Assembly: GCA_002269645.1 (NCBI GenBank)
Contig: NIVC01004922.1
Location: 1 to 31,342, forward strand
Direction of reading: 5' to 3'
Origin: Macrostomum lignano
Lineage: Eukaryota
DNA length: 31,342 nt
Every line of letters starts with the position of its first letter. Positions within the stretch are counted from its first letter, which is position 1. This document shows, one piece after another, positions 1 through 17,800 of the stretch. Below the pieces are notes generated by a model, which was not told the origin of the DNA, did no database searches, and was given only the letters and a program-made list of their open reading frames with translations. The translations under genes and the position numbers were made by a program.

Positions 1-316
1 CGTGTAGTTAAGGCTGCAGGCATCCATACGGTATACCGACTTGGTTTTGCACCCGGACTCTGAAGCCCAACGGATTGCAACATTGCCATTGTCGTGCGAT
101 GTTGCTGACAATCTTTCTGACTGAAGTTTCAAATTATAATCTGTTCTACAGATAGCAAATGTGTTGTACAGAAAAGCAAAAAACAACAATAATTAAGTAA
201 CCCTATACTAAGCTCTTCGTGAAGTTCACCGTCTGTATGAAGCTATTTTTAGCAACACAAGCTCAATTCGGTAAACCGAAGTTCTTCGATATATTGACAT
301 TGACGAACTTCGTGTA
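1..316. repeat. Direct duplication, copy 1 (matches 6132-6449)
   Basis: Base-by-base identical to 6132-6449 except two 1-nt homopolymer deletions (CCC vs CCCC at 52-54; G vs GG at 96). May extend left of the window. Confidence 0.97.
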
Positions 317-331
317 CTTACTTACTTACTA
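317..331 (-). repeat. LINE 3' tandem-repeat tail (TAAG)n
   Basis: Plus strand CTTACTTACTTACTA directly abuts the target sequence TCGTGTA; about 75 nt downstream of the repaired ORF2 stop at 406-408. Confidence 0.85.
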
Positions 332-334
332 CTG

Positions 335-405
335 ACGGGGGGCGCAGGCGCCGCGAATAGGCCGCGAGGCCCCTATCGCAACCCCAAGGTAAAAGAGCAC
401 AAGGA

Positions 406-420
<15 letters not shown>
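335..420 (-). other. LINE 3' end stem-loops
   Basis: Element strand GCGATAGG-GGCC-TCGC-GGCC-TATTCGC folds as a hairpin (about 352-380). ACCCCAAGG (381-389) is the reverse complement of CCTTGGGGG(T) (411-420), a second stem spanning the stop codon. Confidence 0.6.
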
Positions 421-5274
<4,854 letters not shown>

Positions 5275-5944
5275 TTCTCCCATCGCTTAGTAGAGCGTCC
5301 AGTCAATGGCTTCAGAACAGCATTGCCTTGAAAAGACCATGGGAGTGACTGCGCAGGAAATTGTCTTCCAAATGACCTGTGCTGGCACAAATTCCCCTCT
5401 CAAATGTTTTTCAACTGTGGTAAAGTAAAGACATCATTTTGCACGAAATCACAAGAATAATATGCGAGATTGAATTTATTAGAAAGCAAAAATACGCCAC
5501 TTCAAAATGACATGAAATTTGCGATAGCAGCTACGAGCTGCTTTCGTTTTTGCTCCGAGTTAAAAGTGTCAGAACTTTTTGGATTACAGGTACATTCACC
5601 CAATGCTTAGGTCCTCTATTTTGCGGAATTTTCTATTGACATTTAATCTCCTACGACGTATATGACCTGCAGGTTGTCTTCTACTGCTGTCAACCATGCC
5701 TTGTTCACAAATACAACACTTGAAAACGACAAGAAGCTAGGGCGTCGAGATAACGGTAGTTGTAGTTGTTTTAAACGATAGAAGCACAGGCATAAGGATC
5801 AAGTCTCGTTACACTTTGAACCGTCAAACTCTGATATACTCGTATAATTATGTTGCATGACAATCTTGACAACCGCCTGTCACAACGCTGCTCCCAGGCG
5901 ATCATTGCTTCTAAGTTTTCAATAGGTCGAATTCGCTAGTGAGC

Positions 5945-6045
5945 AAATGTCCACATCAAAACGGGACAAACAGACATTTTTAGACAAAACGTAAGGACAA
6001 CTACGAGTACATGGACAATTTTTGTGGACTAATTTTGTCTATGTG
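5945..6045. repeat. Cluster of short GGACAA/GACAAAA-like repeats, possible DNA-transposon subterminal remnant
   Basis: GGGACAAA, AGACATTTTTAGACAAAA, AGGACAAC, TGGACAATT, GTGGACTAATTTTGTC within 100 bp. Confidence 0.35.
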
Positions 6046-6131
6046 TAAATCCAAATTACCGGCTATGCGTTCTCTAGAAAAATTGAAATGTCGAGATTTG
6101 CAAAACGTTTCGAGCTGGTTTACTTCACAGT

Positions 6132-6449
6132 CGTGTAGTTAAGGCTGCAGGCATCCATACGGTATACCGACTTGGTTTTGCACCCCGGACTCTGAAGCCC
6201 AACGGATTGCAACATTGCCATTGTCGTGGCGATGTTGCTGACAATCTTTCTGACTGAAGTTTCAAATTATAATCTGTTCTACAGATAGCAAATGTGTTGT
6301 ACAGAAAAGCAAAAAACAACAATAATTAAGTAACCCTATACTAAGCTCTTCGTGAAGTTCACCGTCTGTATGAAGCTATTTTTAGCAACACAAGCTCAAT
6401 TCGGTAAACCGAAGTTCTTCGATATATTGACATTGACGAACTTCGTGTA
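6132..6449. repeat. Direct duplication, copy 2 (matches 1-316)
   Basis: Same sequence as 1-316; begins and ends with TCGTGTA (6131-6137 and 6443-6449). Confidence 0.97.
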
Positions 6450-6613
6450 AAACAGCTGTGTATTTAGCAGCAGCTCAGATAGATTTCTGGAAGCTTTACA
6501 AATCTTCTATAGCTATTTGAGAGTGTAAAGCGCATTCAAAGCTTTGGATTAGTTGTTATCTGTAAGGCGCTCTATCGTGATCCTACATATAATGGACAGC
6601 ACAACCGATACAG

Positions 6614-9193
6614 ACGACACAACCAGCTCAGTTACTGAGATGTTCTCCAGGCCCAGTAGGCAGTACGAGTTCTTGTCGACTTCCACTGCTGCGCCGCAGG
6701 CAGCGCAACATGTGATGATCGGTGCGTGAGCAAAATTATTATCTGCTCTGATTAAAACCAATCACACCGTGATTTTGTGCTCGTTTCAGACATCAGTGAC
6801 AGATACGTGGGCATGACCATCATCATTGCCCTGCCAGTTGCCGCCTTCATTCTTCTACTGGGTGTCATTCTGCAAATTGTCTTGGTTGCTGTTGCCCTGC
6901 GCAGGGTGAGTTCTGAGGCGGGGAGAGGGGATTTAGCACCGAGGGCTTTAGCACCAGTGACTTTAGCACCTGGCTTTAGCAGCAGTGGCTTTAGCACCAG
7001 GGGCTTTAGCACCAGGGGCTTTAGCACCATGGACTTTAGCACCAGGGGCTTTAGCAGCAGTGGCTTTAGCGCCAGGGGTTTTAGCACCATGGACTTTAGC
7101 ACCAGGGGCTTTAGCACCATGGACTTTAGCACCAGGGGCTTTAGCACCATGGGCTTTAGCACCAGAGGCTTTAGCACCGTGGACTTTAGCACCAGGGGCT
7201 TTAGCAGCAGTGGCTTTAGCGCCAGGGGCTTTAGCACCATGGACTTTAGCACCAGGGCTTTAGCACCATGGACTTTAGCACCAGGGGCTTTAGCACCAGG
7301 GGCTTTAGCACCATGGGCTTTAGCACCAGAGGCTTTAGCACCATGAACTTTAGCACCAGGGGCTTTAGCACCATGGTCTTTAGCACCAGGGGCTTTAGCA
7401 GCAGTGGCTTTAGCGCCAGGGGCTTTAGCACCATGGACTTTAGCACCATGGACTTTAGCACCAGGGGCTTTAGCACCATGGTCTTTAGCACCAGGGGCTT
7501 TAGCAGCAGTGGCTTTAGCGCCAGGGGCTTTAGCACCATGGACTTTAGCACCAGGGGCTTTAGCACCAGGGGCTTTAGCACCAGGGGCTTTAGCACCATG
7601 GGCTTTAGCAGCAGTGGCTTTAGCACCAGGGGCTTTAGCACCATGGACTTTAGCACCAGGGGCTTTAGCACCAGGGGCTTTAGCACCATGGACTTTAGCA
7701 CCAGGGGCTTTAGCACCAGGGGCGCCGGCACTATTGGTTTAGTACCAAAGGCTTTAGCACCTTATTCCCATAAACAGATTACTCTAAACTACGTTGAACA
7801 ATTGAGATATTGCATTTGAACACTTTCAACAAAATTTAAGCTTGGTGTCAGACTACGAGTAGCAAATGGTAAATGAGATCTCAGCTATCATATCACATCT
7901 TTGTACCAACTAAAACGTCCCACAGAGCTCTTGAAACTGCAACTTAGCAAAGAAAGTACTCGTCATTTCCTTGAAGCTGTTAAACATTATAGAAATTAGC
8001 TATGCACCTTTTTAGCAGTGTTGAAGTTCTTTTGCTGAAATAAATAAACACGGATCTGGGTTGTAAAGTTAAGGTCAGAATCTGTTTTCCATTCAACACG
8101 CAGATCAACAGCATCGCCAGGTTGCTGTTGAAGCGGCCCGATCAGAGTTCGACTTCAGACTGGCTCACCGAGGAACCCGAAGCCAATTCCCAGGTCTCCG
8201 GTGACGTAAGCTGCACTGCGAGCTGAATTTGCTTCAGTTTAATAATAAAATTATAGTATTTACTGAGAAACAATCAAGAAATCTCAAGACCCTGTTTGAA
8301 GTTTTTATATTTTCACCTAGGGCAAACAGGGAAATTCAAATTGAGCACTTTACCACCACCTGAGAAGTTCCTATGAGCTCTAGACCAGCTGTTGAATTCC
8401 CTCTATGAGCACTTGAACACATGAAAAATCCCCTATGAGTACTTGAAAATCTAAGAATTCCCTTCTGAGCACTTGTTTATCTGAGAAATCCCCTATGAGC
8501 ACTCGACCATCTGAGAAATTCCCTCTGAGCATTTTAACTCCTGAGAAGTTCTCTCTTAGCATTTGACAATCTGAGTCATAAATTCCATTCGAGCACATAA
8601 ACTAGCGTACATGTAATAGGCCATTCAGGTTATGAACTCAAAATCATTCAGACTGAACAAAAAAACCATTTAATTTTTTTCCAATGTTCCCTAGGCTCTA
8701 GCACCTCCGCTTCCAAGACGCCCCGTTGATCAACCTGCTGAGGTAGGAACTGGTATCAGTAAATTAAAACAAATGGAAATTTCTGAGTAGTTTGTTCACC
8801 AGCCATACAACTTTCACTGTTTTTTTCGTCTAAAGGCCTCTACTCTCGCTAAGACGCCTGGTGAAAGGTTACGAGTTTCGTTTGTTACTGATGTAAAGTC
8901 ATCTTATCATCTTGAGGTTGGTTGCTAACTTGTTTGTTATCTCGATATTAAGCAGTTTAACGATTCAAAAGTTAATGAAATTTTGTTACAGCTGACCAAC
9001 CCTCAGGAACCTAGGAGATCGGAAGGAGTATCTGAGCACTTAGCGGTAATTTTTAAAAAAAATATTTTTTCTGGATTTAAATACCATTGGTATTTTAGTG
9101 AGGTCTTCAAATTGATTCTCACCTTTCATGTTTCTTTAATTATTTCAGGTTTATGAAGAAGATACAGTATACACTGTGGCCGATGTCCCCTAA
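6614..9193 (+). CDS. Gene 1, 3' part of a type I membrane protein: Ser/Thr stalk, TM, Tyr-containing cytoplasmic tail (5' exons not found)
   Basis: Frame-consistent exons: about 6614-6721 (start uncertain; DDTTSSVTEMFSRPSRQYEFLSTSTAAPQAAQHVMI), 6790-6905 (TM: MTIIIALPVAAFILLLGVILQIVLVAVALRR), 8104-8205, 8695-8742 (ALAPPLPRRPVDQPAE), 8992-9045, 9149-9193 (VYEEDTVYTVADVP*). All have GT/AG sites in matching phases. Confidence 0.8.
6942..7762. repeat. 15-bp minisatellite (GGGGCTTTAGCACCA)n with variant units, intronic in gene 1
   Basis: About 50 units; variants CCATGGA and GCAGTGG/GCCAGGGG recur in patterns; a 1-nt deletion near 7256 shifts the repetitive ORFs. Confidence 0.97.
8335..8600. repeat. 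Degenerate about 30-bp minisatellite (e.g. ATCCCCTATGAGCACTCGACCATCTGAGAA), intronic
   Basis: TGAGCAC/TGAGAA core recurring at about 30-nt spacing for about 8 units. Confidence 0.8.
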
Positions 9194-9552
9194 ATAGCAC
9201 ATTAAAAACAATCTATGCAAAAATGCAAGTTGGACTCAGAAGCAGTCAAGAGAAGCTTTCTTCAATCAGCGAAAATGCTTACTTTGCTTGGCCACTGCTT
9301 CCTCGATTCGAAAGTTTGTCTTTTTATTCAAGGAATTATACATGTGTGTGATTGACAGCGCAGTTGCGGCACAAATACTGAATCAATATTTTTAATCGGT
9401 CGAACAGATATTTGACGTATTTACCGTCTGTTTCAAAGTTTCATTGTTTTTCTACGCGTCTTGCAGTTTTGTTGCTTTTGAATTTGGTGGTTTTTCTTGT
9501 TGCTTTTACGATCTTTTTAGATTCTAAAATTTATTAGCTGATTGAACGGGAG

Positions 9553-9924
9553 CACGAGAAATGCCCGCAGACGAATTGCCCGCCGAGATTTGCCCGCAGT
9601 GCAATTTGCCCGCGAGTGAATTGCCCACGAGCGAGTTGCCCGCCGAGTTTTTTCCCGCCGAGGTTTGCCCGCAATGCTTTTTTACTGCAGCGCTTGGCAG
9701 CTAGATTCTGTCTGCATTGCCTCCCCCCAAAAAATATGCATTTGATATGCAGTTACTATCAAAACGTTTGATCGGTTAAATCTCTTTATTAAGACTTACT
9801 AAGCATTGGGGAGGCAATGCAGACAAAATCTGCCGTGGCCAAAGGCACTGCAGGAAAAAAGCATTGCGGGCAAACCTCGGCGGGAAAAGCTCGGCGGGCA
9901 ATTCGTCTGCGGGCAATTCTCATG
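9553..9924. mobile_element. Non-autonomous foldback/MITE-like element with long imperfect TIRs and TTGCCCGC subterminal repeats
   Basis: 9553-9730 is the approximate reverse complement of 9800-9924 (e.g. CACGAGAAATGCCCGCAGACGAATTGCCCGCCGAG vs CATGAGAATTGCCCGCAGACGAATTGCCCGCCGAG). AT-rich spacer; no clean TSD seen. Confidence 0.75.
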
Positions 9925-10078
9925 GACCCTGATTGAACACAACACAAGTTAAAGTAGGTGCAGGTGCACCCGACACTTTGTGGTGCCTTTTGAGAGGCCA
10001 CCAGTTCATTTTAATGTAACTAGCGCTATTGCGACTAAAGTCGAACCATTTTATTTTGAGAAGACGCAACTTTAATTT

Positions 10079-10570
10079 CATGGGGCTTTAGCACCAGGGG
10101 CTTTAGCACCAGGGGCTTTAGCACCAAGGGCTTTAGCAACAGGGGCTTTAGCACCAGGGGCTTTAGCATCAGGGGCGCCAGCACCAGGGGCTTTAGCAGC
10201 AGAGGCGCCAGCACCGGCGGTGCCAGCACCAGCGGCGCCAGCACCGGCGGTGCCAGCACCAGCGGCGCCAGCACCAGGGGCTTTAGCACCAGGGGCTTTA
10301 GCACCAGGGGCTTTAGCACCAGGGGCTTTAGCACCAGGGGCTTTAGCACCAGGGGCTTTAGCACCAGGGGCTTTAGCATCAGTGGCGCCAGCACCAGGGG
10401 CTTTAGCACCAGGGGCTTTAGCACCAGGGGCTTTAGCACCAGGGGCTTTAGCACCAGGGGCTTTAGCATCAGGGGCGCCAGCACCAGGGGCTTTAGAACC
10501 AGGGGCGCCAGCACCAGGGGCTTTAGCACCCGGCGCGCCAGCACCAGGGACGCCAGCACCAGGGGCGATA
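10079..10570. repeat. 15-bp minisatellite, second array (GGGGCTTTAGCACCA and GGCGCCAGCACC variants)
   Basis: Same unit and orientation as 6942-7762. Confidence 0.97.
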
Positions 10571-10955
10571 ACGCAGCGCGAGGGAATTTCGTTAAACAGT
10601 TTGCTCTCATTCTTCTAATATTCTGACTGTTAACCCAATACCAATGTGATAATATGTATTCCGATGACGGACATGAAAAGTGCTGAATACTACTGTAGAT
10701 AGAGCACTTCCAGTGTGAGGCACGTGGAAAAATAAAGTAATTGTTCACCGGGTTGTTGGTATTTTTCTTGTAGAACATAGTACGATCGCAATAGCAAAGT
10801 AACAAAACACTCTTCTGAGCAAAAGGAAGTAAAATAGAGCATGCTAATAATTCTGTTGAAATGCTGCTCCGGAATCCAAAACAGCCCCTGGACTTATTAG
10901 ACAGCACAGCGTTATATTACAGCACAGTTTAAACAGATATATTTAACACTAAATG

Positions 10956-11346
<391 letters not shown>

Positions 11347-11349
11347 TAG

Positions 11350-11817
11350 TCGGTTAGTCTGTTTAGGGTTACGGATTCAGCTTAAAAATATAGCTATTGT
11401 CCGAGTTCATAAAGTTTAGCTTTGCGATATGGTCTCATTTTTATGGAGCAATAACTTCCAGTTGTTCTGTATCTTGTATACCATACCTTATTCGCTTCTT
11501 AAAAAGCCTGTTTGCGTGTTTCAAATCTATTACAATAGAATAGGGACCCACTATAGTGAACCAATTCCTTGAAACCTTGTCTTCCAAAAAGCCCCCCTGT
11601 CAACTCTTTCTCTGCGCCACATTTGAAGATTCTTCGTTTAATTGTTGTGCAAAACATTAAATACAAAGAACGCTTTATGGTCTTGTATCCGCATTCAAAA
11701 CGAAATTTTATATAATTGTAGCATATAGCCGTCCTTGTTAATAAAAATCTCTCAGAAGCAACTGCAACAGAATTTTCTTGCGATTTTGAAAAATCCAGAG
11801 TTCTGAAAAATTTTAAC
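11350..11817. repeat. Upstream block A of the CUB genes (homologous to about 26450-26790 and 27855-28330)
   Basis: Shared strings such as GTTCATAAAGTTTAGC, ATGGTCTCA, CATTTGAAGAT and AAAATCTCTCAGAAGCAA. Confidence 0.85.
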
Positions 11818-14800
11818 ATGGCCTACCAGGAACGCAGTGAGTTACTCCTAAATATTTGGGCTCAGATATAGCAAACTTGGTTAATAATTTACCCATGATT
11901 ACGAGCTATTACTTTTTCTGTCGCAGAAATAATACTTTGGGAGCTTGGCTTCGTTGCTTGTGCCTTGTTGATCTTTCTGCCAAAGTGCAGCAGTCAAACT
12001 GCCTGTGAGTTACTCATGTTTTCTGCTGATAACTAGCATTTTAAAACAAACATTTTTTCCGGCTTCACTTCTGTATTTTATCACTGTAGTTAATCTATTT
12101 TAGCTCTTGAAATTTGCCTTCTTAAAGTTACTTTAGCTAAGCATCACGACCAGCTAATATATGATAGTCAATCGATATTAATATTCCTTCACTAACCGGA
12201 CCAACCATTCCCAAACAGACTGCAGCAGCGCGCTCCAGCGACTGTCAGCTGAGGCCGGTGGCGAAATCGCCAGTCACAGCGGAGTCGGCACAACAAACTA
12301 CAGCAGCAACTCGCAGTGCTACTGGCAGCTGGATGCGCCACCTGGCAAGAGAGTCATAGTCTGGTTCACCTACATGGATCTCGAGTCGCCAAACGACAGA
12401 GTGTCTCTGTACGACGGCCTGACAACGTCATCCGAAATTGCAGTCGTTAGCGCGAATGACTCAGTTGGCTATGAGTCGCCGAGATTCGTTTCGTCCGCAA
12501 ATATTCTGACAGTGAATTTTTATTCAAACAGCCAATTCGCAAGAAAAGGATTTCGTTTAGAGTATAACGCCACCGTATCAGGTTAGTTGCCAGTGTTATC
12601 GGATTGTGAATCATTGAATCATAATATCATATAGTTGCGATTGCATGTTGAGAGGTGCATCGACGATAATATCGGTTTTGTTTTGTAAACATTGAATAAA
12701 TGGCAGTCATCTTCTCGCTTAATCCAAATTTCTGCAGCTAACAGCAGCACGTGCGGACCAGTCACGTTTGATGACGCTTCCAACTCTTCCGGAATGATTG
12801 TCAGCCACCCCGGCTACGACCAACACAGTTTATGTCATGCAGCTGGACCTTGCCATCGGTGTCCGGAAAGTTTTACCAGCTCTACGTTGGCAACGTGTCT
12901 CTCGGAAATGGAGATTGCCTGTCTGTAAATCAAGGCACAGCGTCAGTGACAGGTGGCAGTTCTAATGTGAATTTGTGCGGCTGGAAAGCTGTCACTGGCA
13001 TGACACTTCAGGTGGATGGCAACTTCATCATCAGGTTTAGTTCCAATGGAGCTTATGAGTCCACGGGCTTTCAAATCAAGTTTGAATTGCAAAACTGTGA
13101 GTTTTGTAATGAGATTCAATCACTAATTTGTTACTTATGTATATTTCTTGTTTGTAAACTTTTTATGGGTTTTTTATAAAAGTTTCACGTACTTTGTACT
13201 TAGTCGCTATGATTTATCGCCACCCTAGTATATGTTATGATTTGCAAGCAAAAAATGAGCTAAAAATAAGAATTTTCAGCAAGAATTCGAGTTAAAAATC
13301 GATACTTGCATGCATCGTACTCCCTCTGTAGCAACCTAAGATAAAAGAGGAATATGCAGTACTCATGACATAGTGGAATGGTCTGTATTATTCAAACATT
13401 AAGGAGTGTTCATCACAATCCAATATTGAAGTACTTTTGAATATAAATTATATTTGTATAGCTTTCTTCTGCGGGCTTCATTGAATGTAAATATTTTTGT
13501 AAATTTCAGACTGCCCAGACAAACGCAACTTGACTAATAGCACAGGTGAAGTAGTAAGTCACAATGGCGTCGGAGAATACTATTATGGGAACAATGCACA
13601 GTGCGTCTGGTACATTACGGCACCGCCTGGTCAGCAGGTTTGGTTCTGGTTTTCCTATTTTAATTTAGGGTACAATGACTACGTCAGCGCTCGAAACATG
13701 GGAGAGTCTTCGAGCACAATTGCAACGCTCCGCAGGGGCCATTCGCCTTCGCCGTCGGGGTTTCAATCCACAGCAAGTGTTGTAAGCGTAACATTTACTA
13801 CAAGCAGCATGTACTCAGGTCTCGGATTTCGACTTCATTATAACTTTACCCAGTTATGTAAGTTTAAAGTTTTGAAAACAATTTTCTTAATATTTTTGCA
13901 ACTAATCATTAACAACTGAAGCAGAAAGGCGCTACGCCCGCAAGCCAAAAAATAATCGAGACAGCAAATCTTAAGTTTTATCGAACGAAAGTCACAAACG
14001 TCTCGTCTTCCCGGTGTTCTAGTTGCAAAAAGAGCAACAATGGGTTCTTTGAATCAGAGCAAATTATGAACTTTGCAACAACTAACCAGGGACTACTGAA
14101 TACTCCCTTCAATTAACCTCTGAAAATTAAAATACTTCTTTAAAAGAAATTAAAAGCTTTCCGTCTCGCTAACGTCGAAGTCGAAATTGGCAGAGTTTTG
14201 AAGTATATTTCTACCTTAGATGCTTTATTTATTGTATTAGTTGTTTATTTAGCCATGTACCAAATACAGTCCCCGTTGGAAGTTCTCATATATTTAAACA
14301 TATTTTTTCAGACTGTTACGGATTTGAAAACGTGACAGCAACGAAAACGGGAAGTCAAATAAGGAGTCACTACGGTGTTGGTTCAAGTCCTTATTTAAAC
14401 AACATGAGCTGCTACTGGCACATAAGCGTTCCTGTCGAACAGAGAATCGCCTTTCGTTTTACTTACTTCAATACACAGACAAATGATAGAGTGACAGTGT
14501 TTGATGGCTCCAACGGTTCAGCTGTTCTGCTCAATACTTCCGGCAGTAATTTTAAAGGTGTTATTGTATCCTCAGCAAACACGGCGACTGTGCGGTTTAA
14601 CACAGACAGTGACTATGGAGGATATGGCTTTGCATTGTGGCTTCAAGAAATTGACAATGGTAAGCAAAGCATTAAGCACATATGACGTAAAGCATAGTAA
14701 CTAAGAAACAAGAAAATGTATTTTTACCCAGTTTTCCGTCAGATAGATATAGATATCTACAGATATGTTTAAATGCTAAAAAACGAAATTTTAAAAAATA

Positions 14801-17800
14801 TTTGCGCTTAATAACGGAATGTTGCGCAACAATGCCAAAATGATAAAAAACTGTGCTTAGCAGCACCACACACAAGATAAGCCATTTTTTCATTGAAGCA
14901 CTGGCCGCTTTCTAATTACGAGTACATATGCGTACTAAACACAAATATTACTATCTGCTTTCAGCCGTTAACAACACATGCGGAACGATCAGTTATGCAA
15001 ATTCATCGAACGTATCTGGAGTCATCGAGAGCCACAAAGGCTACAATGCCACCAGCATGTCCGCATACGCACCCAATTTAGCCTGCCTGTGGACACTGCC
15101 CAAACGACCTGGATTCTACATCTATCTCTTTATCGAAACCTACTATCTTAGCAACGGGGACTGCCTAAAAATGGTAACGAAGCTTTCCTCAACTGCCAGT
15201 GAGTCCGGCAGTGATAAAGATTTGCAGTATTGCAATACTCATTTCGGCCAAAACGTACACTGGGTGACAACAGGAGACGCGCATATTTCGTTTACAACTG
15301 ACAATCTTCATGAATCAATCGGATTCTCTATTCAGTTTTACTACGAGCAAGGTTTGGGGAATTTCTCTAATGCACTACGATTAAAACCCATTAAGAAACT
15401 TTACTTTGTTTTCTAAATCATACGTTTCATTTTAGCTTGCCCAAGCGTTCAGAAATGGGACTCCGACAACGGTGAAGTGGTTACTCACACCAATGCTGGA
15501 ACAACGCACTATTTGCACTCTATGACATGCAATTGGCAAATTTCTGTGTCGCCAGGCAAGCAAGTAATCGCCTGGTTTACTAGTAACAAACTGTCGAGTC
15601 ACGGGTATTCGTACGACAGAGTGACATTATACGATGGTCTCAGTGGTTCAAACACTTTGGTCAGCGGCACTTCTATTCCGACAGAGGTCGGATACCGGTC
15701 CATCACAAACAGCATGAGGGTCCGGTTCACAACAGATGCCACTTGGCATTCCTACGGCTTTCGAATGCGATACAGCATTGCGGAGAACTGTAAGTTAGAG
15801 TTTATTCAGAGGATTAGAGGACATACACGATAGAAAAAACCTATCATTCTTTCAGTTTCCAGTCTGTGATGGTCGGAAAATTCTTCAAGCCAGCCAAGGC
15901 AAGTTTTTCGCCCATGTGAACTCATCATCCCCTAACTATTTGAGACGTATGATATGCTACTGGACCATTACCGCGCCATTGGGATACAGTGTAGTGGCTC
16001 ACATTACATCATTCAGCCTCTACCCCAATGACTATGTCAGCATATCTGAAGGAATTCGAGGCTCACCATACATCGCAAGATACTACGGACGGAGTGAATT
16101 TCAGATTGTCAGTTCAAGAGTTTTCGTTTCACAGTCAAATGCGATGCTTGTATATTTCACGTCGGGTGGAACAGGCTCTGGCTTCGGGGTGAAGTACAAC
16201 ACAACCGAAAAATGTGAGCAAAGCTTACAGTTGTAACTACATTTTTGACAAACAAGCGCAATCTAATCTCGTCTTAAGTTTTGGCTCATAAACTGAGTTT
16301 TGATTAGTTAAAATTGTAAAACGTGTTGCAATGCCCAATGATAGATTCATGTACATGTCCGCTTGTACCGCTTACACTATTGATGCAGACACGTCACAGT
16401 CTTGAAAAGAGTTCATTTTTCACCATGAAGCAGCGCTTTGATATTTTTATTGACCTATACTTACCACCAGTCTGTCAAGGCACGGAGCTCCTGACCAACG
16501 ACACTGGAGAGCTGGTCAGCCACTCGTCTGCAGGAACTATGGGCTTCTTGATCAGCTCGGACTGCTACTGGGTGATCAGAGTCTCTCCCTCAAAGCGAGT
16601 GGTGGCTCGTTTTACCTTTTTTAACCTAACTTCCCGTTATGATAGCGTCACTCTGTATGACGGAGCCTATCGCTCAACAGTTCTGGCTACCCTCGAGAGC
16701 AGCTTCTCGGACACCACGCGGGATTTCATAACGACAGAAAACGTCTTGACCGTGTATCTGCGTATTCCATATAGCAGCCAATCACTCGGAATCAAGATGA
16801 AATACGAAGCTTCAGATACCTGTGAGTTTTGTGTACATTCGGATCTGCTAAAATGTGTCTTCGAGAATGTTTAAACGTACTCACGGTCGTACATGTACAT
16901 GTACAGCCTGCCGCTCCTCTCCCTGCCGCTTGTTCATTCTGGTCCGTCCCTCATCTTAAAGCTGCAATTCTTGTTGTCCTTTGGTTTTCTTGTTGCTGTT
17001 CCCTTTCCGTTTCTCTCTCGTTTGGGCTCGTCCAATCAGGTCTCTAGCCGCAGAGGCACTGATTTGCTAGCCTTCCCCCTTCTCTCTCTCTCACCCTTCA
17101 ACTCAGTGAGTTTTCCCTCCCACTTCCAGCCACCACATGGCTTAGCCCCACTCAGCCCCTTTCTCATTCCACCCTCTCACCCCACCGGTTGCAGTATTTA
17201 CGAGCATATACACACCCGGCTCTCGCCCCCCTGCTCTCTTTCTATCCTCTAACCCTTCGCATGCTTAAGTTAGTGAAAGGAAAATGAAATATTTATTAGA
17301 AATATAGAAGCGAAACGAAGTCAGCTATCCCGGTAAGACAAAGCGTTATGCTCTTCGTTTATTTTTCTATCTCCTTCTAAATTCTTTCTTCCCCTCACAG
17401 TCTTCACTCGAGCATGCGAAGCGTCTGTAGCCTCCACAAAAGTGTCCAGCTCTCTGGTGCTGCTGAGTGGTAGCCTTATCATTCGCACCTCCCTCTTGTC
17501 GTAGGGCTGGACGAGTTTCAGTAGGCTTTCTGTACGACTCAGAGGGTCTTCGCTCTCACACCTAGGCAGAAAGACCCCCTGGGCAGTCCAGTACCCTAAC
17601 CCAGATCATCCCGTATGCTGTCCGCACAGACGGAAGCGGGAAAATACAACACATGTTTAATATAGATTGTACGTGTACTGATTCAGTTCAAAGATGATAT
17701 GCTTTGTAAAATTACTTCAGTTTGCGAAAGCTACAAGCTGATAACCGATGGCAGTGGTGAGATCAGCAGCCACCAAGGCGCAGGTGCATTGCCTTACATA

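Noticed and set aside
6131-6260. Coding exon within the duplicated block (either strand)
   Set aside because: Plus-strand frames hit stops; the minus-strand IVSN...LNYTT resemblance to a CUB end is too weak.
6752-7819. Long ORFs encoding (LVLKP)n, (ALAPG)n, (GFSTR)n
   Set aside because: By-products of a 15-bp (multiple of 3) minisatellite inside an intron; open on both strands and broken by a 1-nt deletion. Only 6790-6905 is a real exon.
10035-10907. 290-aa and 132-aa repetitive ORFs
   Set aside because: Same minisatellite artefact; flanking non-repeat parts have no protein-like features.
17400-17620. TDAS RNase H motif in the intronic insert
   Set aside because: Four-residue match with no following GxG or other RNase H residues; insufficient for a call.
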